From Bispira polyomma (taxonomy: Eukaryota), in the NCBI GenBank assembly GCA_965649765.1, contig OZ287748.1, positions 84,382,001-84,446,000 on the forward strand: 64,000 nt of DNA, read 5' to 3'. The first letter of the stretch is position 1. The number at the start of each line of letters is the position of its first letter. The notes below the pieces were generated by a model. It was given only the letters and a program-made list of their open reading frames with translations. It was not told the origin of the DNA and did no database searches. Shown here piece after piece: positions 62,301 through 64,000 of the stretch. A program made the position numbers and the translations under genes.

Positions 62301-63431
62301 TCAGACACAAAATGGCAGTGGAGATATCATAAAATTAGGGTCTTATTGATTGATCTCACATGAGTATGGTGTAAACTAAAATTTTGAGTTGATGTGTAAT
62401 TTCAAATTTCATTAGTCAATATTGTGATTATGGTAAAATGACTTATTTTGTAGATTGCATGATCTTACATGAATACAAACTCAACCTGTGAGGTTTATGT
62501 GTGAAGTAAAATTGCATTCAGTCATACAAAAAGTAAAGTTTAAATGAAGCGCCTCATCAAATAAATAATCTTATGGATTATATTGATCACAGAATAAATG
62601 TTGTCTGTGGAAAAGCTATGCGAAACAAATATTATCAGCTCAAATCCAAGAATTAAGTTTTTATCTTATTTCTTTAAATTTTATTTAGAGATGATTGTAC
62701 GCGTCTTTTATCATGAGGTGCTGTCGTCAACATATTTACATATAAATGTATAAAATGTAAACAATTTCCAATAATAATCAGAAACAACAGTGAATACATA
62801 TATTTTAACATAAGTTTTACATGTATCTTTTTGTTGCAATTACATATTTTGATAGTATGTCTTTTTTTTTCCAGTTTGTTTTTGAATTATTCCTCATTGT
62901 AGAGAAATAGATTTAGAACTTCTTAAATGATTTCCACTTATTTCATCATTTAAAATAATAATAGAATATTTCTTAGGCAAAAAAATTAAAGATAATATCA
63001 TGATTCCTATACTAGATATATGTTGGTGGACCAACCCTCGCCAAGGGTTACCTCAACAGACCAGAGTTAAATGCAACAAGATTCATCCAGCGGCCAGACT
63101 CAGTAGCTGAGAAAGCAGGTCCACGTCTTTATAAAACTGGTGACTGGGGTTACATGCTGAGCGACGGGAGCTTTGAGATCTGTGGACGCTGTGATTCGAT
63201 GGTGAAAGTGCGTGGCTACTCTATTGAGGTACAGGCTGTAGAGGCTGCTCTGTTAGAACTGGCAGTAGTCAATACCTGTGTGGTGTTAGTCAGTGGTGAT
63301 GAAGGAGAAGACAAGTTTTTGGTGGCTTACATTGTACCCGAGGGCAAGACCACCAAGAAAGAGGTCAGAGCTCTGCTCAAAAGGAGGCTCCCCTTCTATA
63401 TGGTGCCTTCGTATTTTCTCTTCTTAAATAA
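47328..63431 (+). CDS. NRPS-like adenylation-domain protein, probably ATRR/glycine betaine reductase-like; 3' end outside window
   Basis: Exons 47328-47456, 48688-48820, 58050-58166, 59189-59341, 59830-59961, 60306-60477, 61169-61322, 62172-62279, 63016-63431 join in frame. A-domain core motifs: A1 LTFQEL, A2 LKAGASYMPID, A3 LAYTVYSSGTTGKPKG, A4 ACNVFFVWE, A5 NLYSVSE, A6 GEIYVGGPTLAKGYL, A7 YKTGD, A8 GRCDSMVKVRGYSIE, A9 LPFYMVP. The A-domain call is firm. The ATRR subfamily call is inferred from recalled motifs. Confidence 0.85.
48845..49021. mobile_element. pogo/Tigger-like MITE (TA TSD)
   Basis: TA|CAGTCAAACCC..AAGT ... ACTTGAAGGGGTTGAACTG|TA. Confidence 0.65.
49332..50479 (-). repeat. 3' LTR (~1148 bp)
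   Basis: Direct repeat of 56734-57873. Preceded on - by the purine tract GCGGAGGGAAG (50480-50490). Confidence 0.95.
51598..55822 (-). pseudogene. pol: Gypsy pol (protease, RT, RNase H, integrase) with premature stops and one frameshift
   Basis: Protease ALIDTGAD. RT SPWSSPVVLV..DYRKLN..LPFGLKNAP..YIDD. RNase H LYTDASD..DHSAL..NADALS. Integrase H..GCHQG..CETCQ, HLDFLGPL, TDKG, SAERMN and GPF motif. Confidence 0.92.
55823..56625 (-). pseudogene. gag: Gypsy gag (one internal stop, one frameshift) with C-terminal zinc knuckles
   Basis: ORF pieces 56347-56625, 56113-56328 and 55823-56113. Double knuckle CTFCGG..CPARGKTCYKCQKSNHFGKMC. Confidence 0.8.
56720..56730 (-). other. Primer binding site complementary to tRNA-Ala 3' end
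   Basis: TGGTGGAGATG on -, 3 nt inside the 5' LTR. Complementary to CATCTCCACCA, the 3' end of metazoan tRNA-Ala. Confidence 0.7.
56734..57873 (-). repeat. 5' LTR (~1140 bp)
   Basis: Near-identical to 49332-50479: about 16 substitutions plus one 8-bp indel by eye. Adjacent to the PBS. Confidence 0.95.
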
Positions 63432-64000
63432 GTAAGTTACTGTGGCAAGATCATTATATACATATTACATACATACAGTAGAGAACCTCAATTATCTGAA
63501 ATTCTATTGTCCAAATTTTTTATCTCCCTGAACACATTTTCACTCTCCAAAGTTTATGTTTTACGATTGATTGTTTGACACTCAAATTCTACTCTATTTC
63601 ATGAACTATCTCTTATCCAAACAAAATATTCTCTCCTGACTTGTAAGGCTAATGAAGGTTCAACTGTAATAACATATACCTGTAGTCATGGTTACAAAAA
63701 GAGGAAAATAGTTAAAGATGCTTAGAATATTATTGACCATAATTTTTGTATGGTTTAAACTGTAATGTTTATTTTTATAAACTAATATGTGACATCACAA
63801 TGTCCTTTATGTAATAAATAAGAAGGTTTTACTCAGAAAAAAAAATTGTTAACTTAATGCTATAGATATACAGAGTATTTGTTTATAAATTGATATATGA
63901 TGGAATTAATCATAAACCACGGTCTAGATATGTGAAACTTCACTGGTTAGCTATTAGGTACAAAATCATTTTTATTTAAAGTTCACCTTCTAACCTACAA

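Noticed and set aside
47328-63431. Ebony, AASDH, Lys2 or bacterial contamination/recent HGT
   Set aside because: The A4 region lacks the Asp-containing motif of those families. Eight canonical introns containing host-type TEs exclude contamination.

Overview
This is AT-rich genomic DNA from a metazoan invertebrate, with spliceosomal GT-AG introns; it is not prokaryotic. Three intron-containing host genes can be reconstructed. (1) SH3RF1/POSH-like RING + 4xSH3 E3 ligase on + (CDS 1891-13589, 9 coding exons). (2) Mitochondrial lipoyl synthase LIAS on - (22436 to at least 35215; first coding exon not located). (3) The 5' part of an NRPS-like adenylation-domain gene on + (47328 to beyond the window end), whose motifs best fit the ATRR/glycine-betaine-reductase type. 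Intron 2 of the NRPS-like gene holds a full-length, mildly decayed antisense Ty3/Gypsy LTR element (49332-57873). It has a tRNA-Ala PBS, a gammaretrovirus-like UAG + 8-nt spacer + stem-loop at the gag/pol junction, a chromodomain-like integrase tail and a possible env remnant. Splice sites are repeatedly duplicated in tandem: a 25-copy 64-bp array of a LIAS exon end plus donor, an in-frame triplicated SH3RF acceptor, and a degenerate duplicate of the SH3RF last-exon acceptor. The remainder is SINEs, L2/CR1 LINE fragments, hAT and pogo/Tigger-like MITEs, Helentron-like satellite-carrying elements and minisatellites. All coordinates were counted by hand and no searches were run.
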